A DNA stretch of 64,000 nucleotides. Source: Dehalococcoidia bacterium. GTDB lineage: Bacteria > Chloroflexota > Dehalococcoidia > Lucifugimonadales > Australimonadaceae. Shown in pieces: positions 35,155 through 46,842 of the stretch; the first letter of the stretch is position 1, and each line of letters opens with the position of its first letter. The stretch spans positions 258,822 to 322,821 of the forward strand of contig OZ242210.1 in assembly GCA_965206315.1 (NCBI GenBank). The letters are read 5' to 3'. A program made the position numbers and the translations under genes. Under the pieces are notes generated by a model. That model saw nothing but the letters and a program-made list of their open reading frames with translations. It had not been told where the DNA came from and searched no databases.

Positions 35155-36684
35155 TCACCGCTGGGGAACGGCCTTCGGCTCCGCTGGCTGCAGCACCCCG
35201 ATGTACGGCAGGTTGCGGTAGCGCCCGCCGTAGTCCAACCCGTAGCCGATGACGAACTCGTCCGGCACCTCGAAGCCCACGTAGTCGACGCGTACGTCCG
35301 CCATGCGGCGCACGGACTTGTCGAGCATCGTGCAGACGCGCAGGCTCGCCGGGCCCTTGGCTTGCAGGTGCTCCAGCAGGTAGCGCAGCGTAAGCCCGGT
35401 ATCCACGATGTCCTCGACGATGACCACGTGGCGCCCCTTGAGTTCCGTCATCACGTCCCTGATAACGTCGATGCTCTTCTCCCGTTCCTCGCCGTAATGC
35501 GTGATCTCCATGAACTCGACCTGCAGGGGCAGGTTCATGGCGCGCATCAGGTCTGCCATGAAGACGACCACGCCCCGGAGGATGCCGATGAGCACCGGCT
35601 CCGTTCCCGCGTAGTCCTGCGACAGCTGCGCACCCAGATCCTTCACGCGCTTCTGGACGGTCGCCTCATCGAACAACACGCGTTCCGTGCCCTCGACCGA
35701 GACCTCCGAAAGAGGCCCGAACCCGTACTTGCCCATCAGCCGCATCAGGTCCCGGCGATAGAGCAGTTGGACGTTCACCTCCGGGTACAGCTCCCGCACG
35801 TGCCGGAGCTTCCGGTTCTTCTGGGTGACCAGGTTCTGCTTCATGGTGGTCAGCTCGAAGTACTGGTCGTACTCCGGCAGGTAGAAGTCCGGCGTGAACA
35901 TCTCCACGACGCGGCTCCCGTCCCAGCGAAGCGGGAAGGACCGGGGCTCGTAGAGGTAGTTGATGTGGTAGTAGTCGAGGAGGTCCGCAAACTCCTTCTC
36001 GCTCGGGTGCATGAAGGCCTTGGAGGGGGGTGCCTTCTCAGCATCGCCACGGCGGCCCCGACGCCCACGACGTGATCCGCCCCCGCTGCCGTCGCGCTCC
36101 GGCGCTGGAGATTCGTCCGATGGCGGAGGCATCCCCAGCGCGGCGCGCTCCGCGGTCTGCCTGCCTCGTCCCCGACGCCGCGACGGAGTCCGCTGCGGTG
36201 GCTCAGAGGCGGTGTCCTGCGCGGGTGCTTCACTCGTTTCCTCGGAAGCAGGCGCGGCGGCTATGCCGGGCGAACGACGACCACGACGGCGTGTCGTTGC
36301 GCGCTGTGGTTCCTCCGCTGCAGCATCCCTGGCTGGCGCTTCGCTCGCTTCCTCTGAAGCGGGTGCGGTGGCTATGCCGGGCGAACGACGACCACGACGA
36401 CGCGTCGTTGCGCGCTGTGGTTCCTCCGCTACAGCATCCCTGGCTGGCGCTTCGCTCGCTTCCTCTGAAGCGGGTGCGGTGGCTATGCCGGGCGAACGAC
36501 GTCCGCGACGGCGCGCCGTAGTGCGTTGCGGCTCCTCCGGCGCAACCGGTGATTCGTCCACGGCATCGGCGGACAGCGCGGCTTCGGGCGCAGCGTCCGC
36601 TGCGCGGCGGCGCGTGGTCCTGCGCCGTCGAGGTCGAGGTTCCGAGTCCTCGGACGGGTCTGCCTGCTGGGGGTCCTGCACCAT
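35155..36684 (-). CDS. hpt: hypoxanthine/guanine phosphoribosyltransferase with a roughly 330-aa N-terminal extension (Arg-rich 37-aa repeats plus an unknown, possibly PD-(D/E)xK-like, domain)
   Basis: The C-terminal 180 aa are canonical Hpt (VLIGILRGVVVFMADL, HVVIVEDIVDTGLTL PRPP loop, FVIGYGLDY). The N-terminus has 3 or more repeats of EEPQRATTRRRGRRSPGIATAPASEEASEAPARDA. The middle domain contains FTPDFYLPEYDQYFELTTMKQ. Confidence 0.85.
   Translation of the reverse strand: MVQDPQQADPSEDSEPRPRRRRTTRRRAADAAPEAALSADAVDESPVAPEEPQRTTARRRGRRSPGIATAPASEEASEAPARDAVAEEPQRATTRRRGRRSPGIATAPASEEASEAPARDAAAEEPQRATTRRRGRRSPGIAAAPASEETSEAPAQDTASEPPQRTPSRRRGRGRQTAERAALGMPPPSDESPAPERDGSGGGSRRGRRGRRGDAEKAPPSKAFMHPSEKEFADLLDYYHINYLYEPRSFPLRWDGSRVVEMFTPDFYLPEYDQYFELTTMKQNLVTQKNRKLRHVRELYPEVNVQLLYRRDLMRLMGKYGFGPLSEVSVEGTERVLFDEATVQKRVKDLGAQLSQDYAGTEPVLIGILRGVVVFMADLMRAMNLPLQVEFMEITHYGEEREKSIDVIRDVMTELKGRHVVIVEDIVDTGLTLRYLLEHLQAKGPASLRVCTMLDKSVRRMADVRVDYVGFEVPDEFVIGYGLDYGGRYRNLPYIGVLQPAEPKAVPQR
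36200..36550. repeat. in-frame 111-bp tandem repeat (about 3.2 copies) inside the hpt-fusion gene
   Basis: ggctatgccgggcgaacgacg recurs at 36259, 36370 and 36481 (period 111 = 37 codons), nearly identical between copies. Confidence 0.9.
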
Positions 36685-36717
36685 CTCGTCAGACCTCTCG
36701 TCTCAGTGTTGTCGTCT

Positions 36718-39700
36718 TCATCGCGCCGAGTGCTGTTCTTCCACCTGTACGACGCCGCGCACGTACTCCGCGGTCGTTGCGACGTTGTAGTCCGAGCCGC
36801 CCAGCACCAGCGCCTCGACTGCCGCCCGCGCCGTGTCCATGGAGGTGTAGCAAGGTATCCGGCGCTCCGTCGCTGCGCGGCGTATCTCGAACCCGTCGCG
36901 CAGCGCCTGCGCGACCTCCTCGACCGTGTTCAGCACCGCGTCCACCGTCCCATCCGCCACGACGGAGTAGGCGTTGGGGTAAGGCTCGGCTGCCTTGTTC
37001 ACTTCGGTGACCGTCAGCCCCAGCCCGCGCATCAGCGCCGCCGTCCCATGCGTGGCATACAGTTCATAGTCCAACCCACCCAGCATCTTCAACCATGCAA
37101 CGGCGTCAGATTTGTCCCTGTCCGCGATGGTGATCAGGATGCGGCCGGAAGACGGCAGCATGAGCCCCGCTGCCATCAGCGCTTTCGCGACCGCTGGCCG
37201 GGTGCTTACGTCTATGCCCATCACCTCGCCGGTTGACTTCATCTCGGGGCCCAGGTACGTGTCCACTCCCGCGAGTTTGGACATGGAGAAGACCGGCGCT
37301 TTCACGCTGGCCATGGGCGGATCAGGCTGCAGCCCGCCGGTGTACCCCTGCTCCGCTATCGAGTGTCCAAGCATCACGTTCGTCGCCAGCTGCACCATCG
37401 GGATGCCGGTGACCTTGGAGATGAACGGCACCGTGCGGCTCGACCTGGGATTGACCTCGATGACGTACACCGATGACAGCCCGCTGTCGGCGGCAACCGT
37501 GAGGCCGAACGGTCTGCTCTCGTTCACGATGACGTACTGGATGTTCATCAGGCCGCGTACGCCTATGGCCAGCCCGATGCGTGCCGTGTAATCGACGAGC
37601 GCCTCCCGTTCGTGTTCCGAGATTCCCTCCGCGGGGTAGACCGCCATCGAGTCCCCGGAGTGGACGCCCGCCCGCTCGATATGTTCCATGATGCCGGGGA
37701 TCAGCACCTGCTCGCCGTCAACGACGGCATCGACTTCCACCTCGCGCCCCTGGAGGTACTTGTCGATGAGGATAGGGCGGCCCGGCGCAGCCTCGAACGC
37801 GCGCGACAGGTAGCGCCGGAACTCAGTCATGTTGTCCACGATCTCCATCGCCCTCCCGCCCAGCACGTAGCTCGGCCTCACCACCAGCGGAAAGCCGAGC
37901 CGCTCCGCTATCGCCGTCCCCTGGTCGAGCGAGGTCGCCGTGTCGCCCGGCGGCTGTGGGATCCCGAGACTCGCCATCAGGTCGCCGAACCGCTCCCGAT
38001 CGGAGGCGATGTCTATGGCGTCCGCTGACGAGCCGAGGATCGGCAGTCCCGCTGCCCCTATCGACTGGCTCAGGTTGATGGCGGTCTGCCCGCCGAACTG
38101 CACGACGGCAGGGGGGTACACGCCGTCCATGCCTTCGTTCTCGATGATGTCGCGGACGCTCTCCTCGTCGAGCGGCTCGAAGTAGAGGCGGTCGCTCGTA
38201 TCGAAGTCGGTTGAGACCGTTTCCGGGTTGGAGTTGACCATGATGGAGTTGACGCCCGCGTCGTCCAGCGCCCACGCCGCGTGGACCGAGCAGTAGTCGA
38301 ACTCGATGCCCTGCCCGATGCGGATCGGCCCGCTGCCGATCACGACGGCCTTGTCGCCCTGCAAAGGCTCCGCCTCGTTCTCCTGCTCGTAGGTGCTGTA
38401 GAAGTACGGCGTCACGGCTTCGAACTCCGCGGCGCAGGTATCCACCATCTTGTAGACCGGCCGCAGGCCGAACCCCTGCCTGAGCGAGCGCACGTCCTCG
38501 TGCGTCCGGCCAGTGAGCGTGGCGATGACCTCGTCCGGCATCCCGAGGCGTTTGGCGTCCCACAGCAGGTCGCGCGAGAGCGCCTCGGAGCGCAGCCGCT
38601 CCTCCATGCCGATGATGCGCGCCATGCCATGTACGAACCACGGGTCGACGTGGGTCGCCTGCGCCAGTGCGTTCGGGGTCATGCCCCTCCGGAGCGCCGC
38701 GGCCATCGCCCACAACCGCTCATCCGTCGGCTCGAGCGGAAGTTCCTCGGCTGCGAGTCCGTCCCACTCCGGCGACTCCCACAGCAACGTGCGGCCCCCG
38801 AGTTCGATCGACCGCACCGCCTTCATCAGCGCAGCTTCGAAGCCGCGGTCTATCGACATCACCTCGCCCGTCGCCTTCATCTGTGTACTGATGGCGCGGT
38901 CTCCGAGGGAGAACTTGTCGAACGGCCAGCGTGGCGACTTGATGACGCAGTAGTCCAGCGCCGGCTCAAATGCCGCTTTCGTGCGCTGCGTCACCGCGTT
39001 CGGTATCTCGTCCAGTCGCCGTCCGACCGCGATCTTCGCCGCAACCCGAGCGATGGGATAGCCCGTTGCCTTGGACGCGAGCGCGGAAGAGCGACTCACG
39101 CGCGGGTTCACCTCGATGACGACGTACTGCATCGGGTCCGGGACGCCGCCCGGCAGCACTTCGCCGACGACCGGATGCGGCGACAGCCCGAACTGGATGT
39201 TGCACCCGCCCTCGATCCCGAGCGCCCGGATGATGCGGATGCTCGCGGAGCGGAGCATCTGGTACTCCTTGTCCGAGAGCGTCTGGCTTGGTGCGATGAC
39301 GATGCTGTCTCCGGTGTGAACGCCCAGCGCGTCGAGGTTCTCCATGTTGCATATCGTGATGCAGGTGTCGGCGGCGTCGCGCATCACCTCGTACTCCACC
39401 TCGCGCCAGCCCCGCAGCGAGCGCTCAACCAGCACCTGGTGGATGGGGCTGGCGGCGAGTCCGCTCGAAACGACCGCTTCCAGCTCCTCCATCGTCGTGG
39501 CGAACCCGCCGCCCGTGCCGCCCAGCGTGTACGCGGGCCGCACCACCAACGGAAGGCCCAGCTCGCTCCCTACGCGCATCCCCTCCTCCAGGGAGTTCGC
39601 GATCTCGCTCGGCGGCGTGGGTTCGCCAAGCCGGTTCAGCAGAGCCCGGAAAAGCTCGCGGTCCTCCGCCGTCTTGATCGTTTCGATGGAGGTCCCCAGC

Positions 39701-40053
39701 AGCCGGACGTCGTACCGGTCGAGCACGCCCGCCTCGTGCAGGGCGACCGCCAGGTTCAGCCCTGTCTGGCCTCCGAGCGTCGGTAGCAGGCCGTCCGGGC
39801 GCTCGCGAGCGATGATGCGCTCGATCACCTCGACGGTCAGCGGCTCGATGTAGACCGCGTCCGCCACGCCCTCGTCCGTCATGATGGTCGCGGGGTTTGA
39901 GTTCACGAGGACGACGGATTTGCCCTCCTCACGCAGGGCCTTGCATGCCTGTGTTCCCGCGTAGTCAAACTCGGCGGCCTGCCCGATGACGATGGGCCCG
40001 CTGCCGATAACCAGCACTTTGTGGAGTCCGGAGGTTGCGTCGTGTGTCTGCAC
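36718..40053 (-). CDS. carB: carbamoyl-phosphate synthase large subunit
   Basis: 1111 aa. KVLVIGSGPIVIGQAAEFDYAGTQACKAL and a duplicated ATP-grasp architecture. Confidence 0.97.
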   Translation of the reverse strand: MQTHDATSGLHKVLVIGSGPIVIGQAAEFDYAGTQACKALREEGKSVVLVNSNPATIMTDEGVADAVYIEPLTVEVIERIIARERPDGLLPTLGGQTGLNLAVALHEAGVLDRYDVRLLGTSIETIKTAEDRELFRALLNRLGEPTPPSEIANSLEEGMRVGSELGLPLVVRPAYTLGGTGGGFATTMEELEAVVSSGLAASPIHQVLVERSLRGWREVEYEVMRDAADTCITICNMENLDALGVHTGDSIVIAPSQTLSDKEYQMLRSASIRIIRALGIEGGCNIQFGLSPHPVVGEVLPGGVPDPMQYVVIEVNPRVSRSSALASKATGYPIARVAAKIAVGRRLDEIPNAVTQRTKAAFEPALDYCVIKSPRWPFDKFSLGDRAISTQMKATGEVMSIDRGFEAALMKAVRSIELGGRTLLWESPEWDGLAAEELPLEPTDERLWAMAAALRRGMTPNALAQATHVDPWFVHGMARIIGMEERLRSEALSRDLLWDAKRLGMPDEVIATLTGRTHEDVRSLRQGFGLRPVYKMVDTCAAEFEAVTPYFYSTYEQENEAEPLQGDKAVVIGSGPIRIGQGIEFDYCSVHAAWALDDAGVNSIMVNSNPETVSTDFDTSDRLYFEPLDEESVRDIIENEGMDGVYPPAVVQFGGQTAINLSQSIGAAGLPILGSSADAIDIASDRERFGDLMASLGIPQPPGDTATSLDQGTAIAERLGFPLVVRPSYVLGGRAMEIVDNMTEFRRYLSRAFEAAPGRPILIDKYLQGREVEVDAVVDGEQVLIPGIMEHIERAGVHSGDSMAVYPAEGISEHEREALVDYTARIGLAIGVRGLMNIQYVIVNESRPFGLTVAADSGLSSVYVIEVNPRSSRTVPFISKVTGIPMVQLATNVMLGHSIAEQGYTGGLQPDPPMASVKAPVFSMSKLAGVDTYLGPEMKSTGEVMGIDVSTRPAVAKALMAAGLMLPSSGRILITIADRDKSDAVAWLKMLGGLDYELYATHGTAALMRGLGLTVTEVNKAAEPYPNAYSVVADGTVDAVLNTVEEVAQALRDGFEIRRAATERRIPCYTSMDTARAAVEALVLGGSDYNVATTAEYVRGVVQVEEQHSAR

Positions 40054-40054
40054 G

Positions 40055-41122
40055 CTAGTTCTTCACCATGTCGAGGAAGCGGTCGAAGATGTACTCGTTG
40101 TCGAGCGGCCCCGGCGACGCCTCCGAGTGGTATTGGATGGTCAGCACCGGCAACTCGCGGTGCCGGATGCCTTCGATCGTCCCGTCGTTCAGGTTCCGGT
40201 GCGTCACCTCGATAGCGCCCGGCAGCCCCTCGTCGGAGACGGCGAACCCGTGGTTCTGCGCAGTGATGTAGACGCGCCCGGTGTCGATGTCCTGCACCGG
40301 ATGATTGCCCCCGCGGTGGCCGAACTTCAGCTTGTACGTCTCCGCGCCGAGCGCGCGGGCGATGATCTGGTGCCCCAGGCAGATGCCGAGCGCAGGCACG
40401 CGCTCGATGACCTCGCGCGCCGTCTCGACGGTTGGCGCGTTATGCACCGGGTCGCCCGGCCCCGGTGAGAAGACGACTCCGTCCGGGTTGTCCCGCAGGA
40501 TCTCGTTCGCCGTGGCAGCCGCGGGATGCACGCGCACCCGGCAGCCGCGTTGCGTCAGCAGTCGCAGGATGTTGTACTTCACGCCGCAGTCCACCACCGC
40601 GATGCGCCTGCCGCCCTCCCCGCTCCACTCGTACGCCTCGTCCACCGTCACGCGGTCAACGAAGTTCACCGTGTCGTAGGACGGAAGCGACGCCAGTTCG
40701 CGGAGCGCCGTCTGCGGGTCGTGAGTGGTCAGCACGCCCATCATCACGCCGTGGGAGCGGATGCGCCGTGTGATGGCCCGCGTGTCCACGCCCCAGATGC
40801 CCGGGATGCCTTCGTCGGCGAGATAAGTATGAAGCGTGCGCGTCGAGTCGTAGTGGCTCGGCGTGGACGAGTGCTCGCGCACCACGAACGCCGCCACTTT
40901 GATGTCCTTCGACTCGACATCGGACGGGTTGATGCCGTAGTTCCCCTGCATCGGGTACGTGGGCACGAGGATCTGCCCTGCGTAGGAGGGGTCGGTGAGC
41001 ATCTCCTGGTAGCCCGACATGCTCGTGTTGAAGACCACCTCGCCGAACGCGTTGCGCTCGGCCCCGAACGCATAGCCCTCGTACACCGTCCCGTCGTTCA
41101 GCACCAGGTACGCCGTCGTCAC
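40055..41122 (-). CDS. carA: carbamoyl-phosphate synthase small (glutaminase) subunit
   Basis: 355 aa. EVVFNTSMSGYQEMLTDPSYAGQI and GATase motifs GICLGHQ and HRGGNHP. Confidence 0.97.
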   Translation of the reverse strand: MTTAYLVLNDGTVYEGYAFGAERNAFGEVVFNTSMSGYQEMLTDPSYAGQILVPTYPMQGNYGINPSDVESKDIKVAAFVVREHSSTPSHYDSTRTLHTYLADEGIPGIWGVDTRAITRRIRSHGVMMGVLTTHDPQTALRELASLPSYDTVNFVDRVTVDEAYEWSGEGGRRIAVVDCGVKYNILRLLTQRGCRVRVHPAAATANEILRDNPDGVVFSPGPGDPVHNAPTVETAREVIERVPALGICLGHQIIARALGAETYKLKFGHRGGNHPVQDIDTGRVYITAQNHGFAVSDEGLPGAIEVTHRNLNDGTIEGIRHRELPVLTIQYHSEASPGPLDNEYIFDRFLDMVKN

Positions 41123-42455
41123 CGCGCCGCCTCCCCGAACGCGATCTCGCCGCCTGCGATGGTCATACGTACCCTGCCTCGCAGCGTCTGTCCTGCCAGC
41201 GGCGTGTTCTTCCCCTTGGACGCGAAGCGGCTCACGTCCACCGTCCAGCGCTCCTCCGGATCGAACAGCACGATGTCCGCCGGAGTGCCGACAGCCAGCG
41301 AGGCGAGGTTCGCAAAGCGCTCGCCCAGGACCGATGCCGGCCCTGTCGTGAGCCGCGCAACGAGCGTGGGCAGGTCTATCGCGCCCGACCGCACGAGGCT
41401 CATCAGCGAGCCGAACGCCGTTTCGAGCGTGGAGATGCCAACGGCCGCCTCGTCGAACGGCGTCGCCTTATCCCCGAACGTGTGGGGCGCGTGGTCGGTC
41501 GCCACTGCGTCTATCGTGCCGTCGCGCAGCCCCTCTACCAGCGCATCGCGGTCGGTGTGCGACCGCAGCGGAGGGCTGACCTTGGCCTGGGTTTCATACG
41601 CGGCGAGCGTGAGCGATCCAGCTATGCCGTCCGCTGGGCCGTTCGCGCCGAGCACCCATTCGTCCGTCATCGTCAGGTGATTGGGCGTTACCTCCGCCGT
41701 GACACGCAGCCCGCGACGCTTGGCCATGCGCACCATCTCGACGCCGCCCGCCGTGCTGACGTGTGCAACGTGGAAGTGCCCGCCGGTCAGGCCGAGCAGC
41801 GCGATGTCCCGCGCGACGAGCGATTCCTCCGCAGCCGACGGGTACCCTGCGAGCCCCAGCCGCGAGGCGACCGCTCCTTCGTGCATCCCCAGCCCCGCCG
41901 TGATGGAGTGGTCCTCGCAATGGTCCATCACCGGCAGGCCGAGCTCACCTGCATACAGCAGCGCCTTCTCCATCAGCAGGCCCGTCGCAACAGGGCTGCC
42001 GTCGTCCGTGAAGCCGACGACCCCCGCCCGCGCAAGCTCCTCCATGTCCGTCAGCTCGACGCCCTTGCGTCCGCTGGAGACCGCGCCGAACGCCAGCACC
42101 CGGACGGGGCCCGCCTCGCGCGCGCGATGTGCGATGAAGTCGACGACCGCCGCCGTGTCTATCGCCGGCGACGTGTTCGGCATCGCGCAGACCGTCGTGA
42201 ATCCTCCGGCTGCGGCCGCAGCGGTGCCCGTCTCGATCGACTCCTTGTCCTCGAAACCCGGCTCACGCAGGTGCGCGTGCAGGTCTATGAACCCTGGCGC
42301 CGCAACCAACCCCTTCCCGTCTACGACCAGCGCATTCGCGGGAGCCGTCTCCGGCGCATCCGCGATGACGCCGTCTAGCATGAACAGGTCCCCCGTGCGG
42401 TCTGAGCCCGCGACCGGGTCGATGATCCGCGCGCCGGTGATGAGGATCGGTCTGC

Positions 42456-42459
<4 letters not shown>
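41119..42459 (-). CDS. pyrC: dihydroorotase
   Basis: 446 aa. IDLHAHLREPG metal motif, 4-nt overlaps with both neighbours. Confidence 0.93.
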
Positions 42460-44077
<1,618 letters not shown>

Positions 44078-44089
44078 TCACGATTCCTG

Positions 44090-44123
44090 ACCTTGCCAGC
44101 CTCACGGGACTGGATTTAAAGGT
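44090..44123 (-). promoter_or_regulatory. PyrR-binding anti-antiterminator hairpin
   Basis: The reverse strand reads ACCTTTAAATCCAGTCCCGTGAGGCTGGCAAGGT and contains the UUUAA...UCCAG...GAGGCU...AAGG elements of PyrR binding loops. GCTGGCAAGG can alternatively pair with the terminator 5' arm (antiterminator). A TATACT -10 candidate lies at 44151-44156. Confidence 0.65.
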
Positions 44124-44198
44124 CGGTCGCGGTGCAACACCGCAACGCAGAGTATAGGACGTCGCCACCCCGCCGCGCAACCGCCCCGGGCATCCGTC

Positions 44199-44293
44199 AT
44201 TCCCGCACCGGCGGGAATCCAGAGTGACCGGGCAGGTCACGCGGCGGGGTGTGGTTCGAGGACAGCCTATCCCACCTCTCCCTCGGGGAGAGG
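44199..44293. repeat. cluster of three short GC-rich palindromic hairpins (REP-like)
   Basis: ATTCCCGC-accg-GCGGGAAT (44199-44218), GTGAC-cgggcag-GTCAC (44224-44240) and CCTCTCCC-tcg-GGGAGAGG (44275-44293), followed by gggtgaggg / agggtgaagg words. They lie between the Lon-N gene stop and the pyr promoter. Confidence 0.4.
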
Positions 44294-44356
44294 TCGACGT
44301 GCTTGCGCGGCGGGTGAGGGTTGGAGGGGAGAGGGCTAGGGTGAAGGTCGGCGTCC

Positions 44357-45016
44357 CTAGTTATCCGAGAACCCGTGCGAGGGACGGCGGCGACTGCGCC
44401 GCTCCAGCTGCTTGCGGGCGTCCTTCAGCAGCTCCAACTCGTCCCAGAGCCGATCGAACGCGGGCTGTTCCAGCAGCTTCTGCTGCACCGACAGATTGCC
44501 CTGGAATATCTGCGCCACCTGGTAGGAGAGCACCTCCGGGTCGTCCGGGAAGTTGACCTCCCGTACGTAGCCGCCGCGCGAGGCGACCAGCTGCCGCACG
44601 AACGAGGCCGCGTCGAAGCGCACGTTCTCGACCAGAGACGGGTCCACCATCTCGTGGCTGTCGTCTTGAAGGTATTCCACCTCGGCAGCGAGGTAGGCGT
44701 TGTCGCGCAGGAACTCCCGCACCTTGAAGCGCCGGCCGCCGACCGCAACGACGCTCAACCGTCCGCCTCCTGCCTCGCTCGTCGTCATGATGTGAGCCGT
44801 TGTGCCGGTCTCGAACGGGGTCACCTCGTTAGTCCCCACCTCGCCGCCTTCCTTGAGCAGCAGCACGCCGAACGGTTCGTCGTTCGCCAGGCACTCGTCG
44901 GTCAGTTGAAGGTAGCGCGGCTCGAACACGATGAGCGGCAGCTCCATCCCCGGGTACAGGACGACAGCCTGGAGGGGAAAGAGACGGAGGTAACCGGTTT
45001 CAGCGTTCTCGGCCAT
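44357..45016 (-). CDS. LON substrate-binding (Lon N-terminal) domain protein
   Basis: 219 aa. LRLFPLQAVVLYPGMELPLIVFEPRYLQL...FGVLL is the Lon-N/PUA-like signature. Confidence 0.85.
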   Translation of the reverse strand: MAENAETGYLRLFPLQAVVLYPGMELPLIVFEPRYLQLTDECLANDEPFGVLLLKEGGEVGTNEVTPFETGTTAHIMTTSEAGGGRLSVVAVGGRRFKVREFLRDNAYLAAEVEYLQDDSHEMVDPSLVENVRFDAASFVRQLVASRGGYVREVNFPDDPEVLSYQVAQIFQGNLSVQQKLLEQPAFDRLWDELELLKDARKQLERRSRRRPSHGFSDN

Positions 45017-45066
45017 GCGCAGAGTGTACAGACGCAGCCTCGTGCGTCAACCGCCACGTCCCCGGA

Positions 45067-46491
45067 TCACGGGTCCCCGACCGTACGGATATTGATGTCG
45101 TTCGGTATGCCGCCCGCGCCGATGCGCGTCGCTCCGAAAACGACGACACGATCGCCGGGGGCGACTGCGCCGCGTTCGCGGAGCGTGGAGAACGCCTGCA
45201 GCACGCGCGCCTCGGTCCGGTCGGAGAGGTCCGCGTGGATGGGGCGCACGCCGTAATAGAGCGCCAGCCCGTTGCAGACCGCGGGGTCAGGCGTGAATGC
45301 GTAGACGGGAGCCCTTGGCCGCAGGTGCGAGATCGTCTTCGCCGTGTGGCCGGACTGCGTGAACACCACCAGCGCCTCGGCCCGCAGCTGCTCCGCTACG
45401 AAACGCGCGGCTTCGGCCATCGCGTGGGACTCGTCGTGTGGATGCTTGACGTGGAACGGTGTCTCGGCCGTCTCCGCCTGCAACGCGATGCGGCCCATCG
45501 TCGCTATGGCTTCCACGGGATACTGCCCGATAGCCGTCTCCTCCGAGAGCATCACCGCGTCCGTGCCGTCGAGGATCGCGTTGGCGACGTCGCTCGCTTC
45601 CGCCCTCGTCGGGACGGGACTGTCCATCATCGACCCCAGCATCTGGGTAGCCGTGATGACCGGCTTCCCTGCCTCGTTCGCCTTGCTGATGATGAGTTTC
45701 TGCAGCAGTGGCACCCGCTCCGGTGACACCTCCACGCCGAGGTCGCCCCGCGCGACCATGATGCCGTCCGATTCTTCGATGATCTCATCGAGGTACTCGA
45801 TCGCCATCGGATGCTCGATCTTCGAGATGATGGGCGACGCTGAGCGCATCTTCTGCAGCAGCTCCCGGCAGGAGCGCACGTCGTCGCCGCTGCGGACGAA
45901 ACTCATCGCGACGTAGTCCACGCCGATGAACACGCCGTAAGCCAGGTCCTTCCGGTCCTTCTCGGTGAGCGGATCGGCCGTAACCCTGGAGTCGGGCAGG
46001 TTGACTCCCTTGTGCGACGTCAGCACGCCGCCTGCAACGACGGATGCGCGCAGGTCGCTGCCGTTCACTTCGGCGACGCGCAACACCAGGTTCCCGTCCG
46101 CTATGAGGATGCGGTCGCCCCGGCTGACGTCGCTAGCGAGCCGGGGGTACGGGATCGCAACCGAGCCGTGCGTGGTTGGCACGTCCTCGGACACGACGCG
46201 CACCACCTCCCCCGATGTGAGCCGGACACCGTCGGGGTCCTCCACAACGCTTGTGCGCAGACGCGGCCCCTGGATGTCCTGCATCAGGGCGACGGTGCGC
46301 CCGATCTCATGGCTGATCGCCTTGATGCGCGGAACGGTCTGCTCCAGTTCCGCATGCGTGGCGTGCGAGAAGTTGAGTCGGAAGACGTCCACCCCTGCCG
46401 CGATGGCCTGCCGCAGATGCTCATCCGAGGCGACCGCAGGCCCCAGCGTGGCGACGATCTTGGTGTGGCGCGGAAATCCGTTCATGCGCAT
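45067..46491 (-). CDS. pyk: pyruvate kinase
   Basis: TKIVATLGPA, NFSHA, MVARGDLGVE and MLSEETA motifs. Start set at the ATG at 46489-46491 (46485 is an alternative). Confidence 0.93.
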   Translation of the reverse strand: MRMNGFPRHTKIVATLGPAVASDEHLRQAIAAGVDVFRLNFSHATHAELEQTVPRIKAISHEIGRTVALMQDIQGPRLRTSVVEDPDGVRLTSGEVVRVVSEDVPTTHGSVAIPYPRLASDVSRGDRILIADGNLVLRVAEVNGSDLRASVVAGGVLTSHKGVNLPDSRVTADPLTEKDRKDLAYGVFIGVDYVAMSFVRSGDDVRSCRELLQKMRSASPIISKIEHPMAIEYLDEIIEESDGIMVARGDLGVEVSPERVPLLQKLIISKANEAGKPVITATQMLGSMMDSPVPTRAEASDVANAILDGTDAVMLSEETAIGQYPVEAIATMGRIALQAETAETPFHVKHPHDESHAMAEAARFVAEQLRAEALVVFTQSGHTAKTISHLRPRAPVYAFTPDPAVCNGLALYYGVRPIHADLSDRTEARVLQAFSTLRERGAVAPGDRVVVFGATRIGAGGIPNDINIRTVGDP

Positions 46492-46533
46492 AGATGATAG
46501 CCCCCGCCGGTTCCCATCAGGAACCACCTAACT

Positions 46534-46842
46534 GTGACATCCGCCCCTTACGCGGTCGCCCCTGCCTCCGCTACGCTGGACGCATGGCTTTCCCGCAGAC
46601 CCGACCTATAGACCGCGTCTATGGCTCGCAGCCCCACCCATCGACAGCGCCTATGGCTTGGGCTCGAACTTTTCAAAACAATGGCATTGTTGACATTCTT
46701 GATACTCCGAAGCCCGGGAAGCAGGCCACGGCCATGAAACAGGCTCGATCAAGGATCTCAAGGATGCCAAACGCGGTGACCGTTTCACTCGTGATGGACC
46801 GATCAAGGATGCCAGCTATGGGGCAGGTTGGCATTCTTGATC
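46534..46842 (+). repeat. dispersed intergenic repeat, copy 1 (homologous to the reverse complement of 61819-62155)
   Basis: gtgacatccgccccttacgcggtcgcccc, cgctacgctgga, ctatag, catcgacagcgcctatggc, ttgacattcttgat, gggaagcaggccacggcc and cactcgtgatg occur in the same order as in the rc of the second locus. Internal 14-mers of the form TTGRCATYCTTGAT lie at 46690, 46757(rc), 46801(rc) and 46829. Confidence 0.75.

Noticed and set aside
44224-44556. 110-aa plus-strand ORF spanning the palindrome cluster and the 3' end of the Lon-N gene
   Set aside because: It overlaps a well-supported minus-strand gene and REP-like hairpins. The translation is Arg/Pro/Gly-rich with no motifs.
46740-46842. CsrA/RsmA-type sponge RNA idea for the repeated CAAGGAT(G) words
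   Set aside because: The motif resembles the CsrA GGA-loop consensus, but only 3-4 copies occur. No csrA gene is in the window and there is no evidence of a discrete transcript. The idea is too speculative to annotate.
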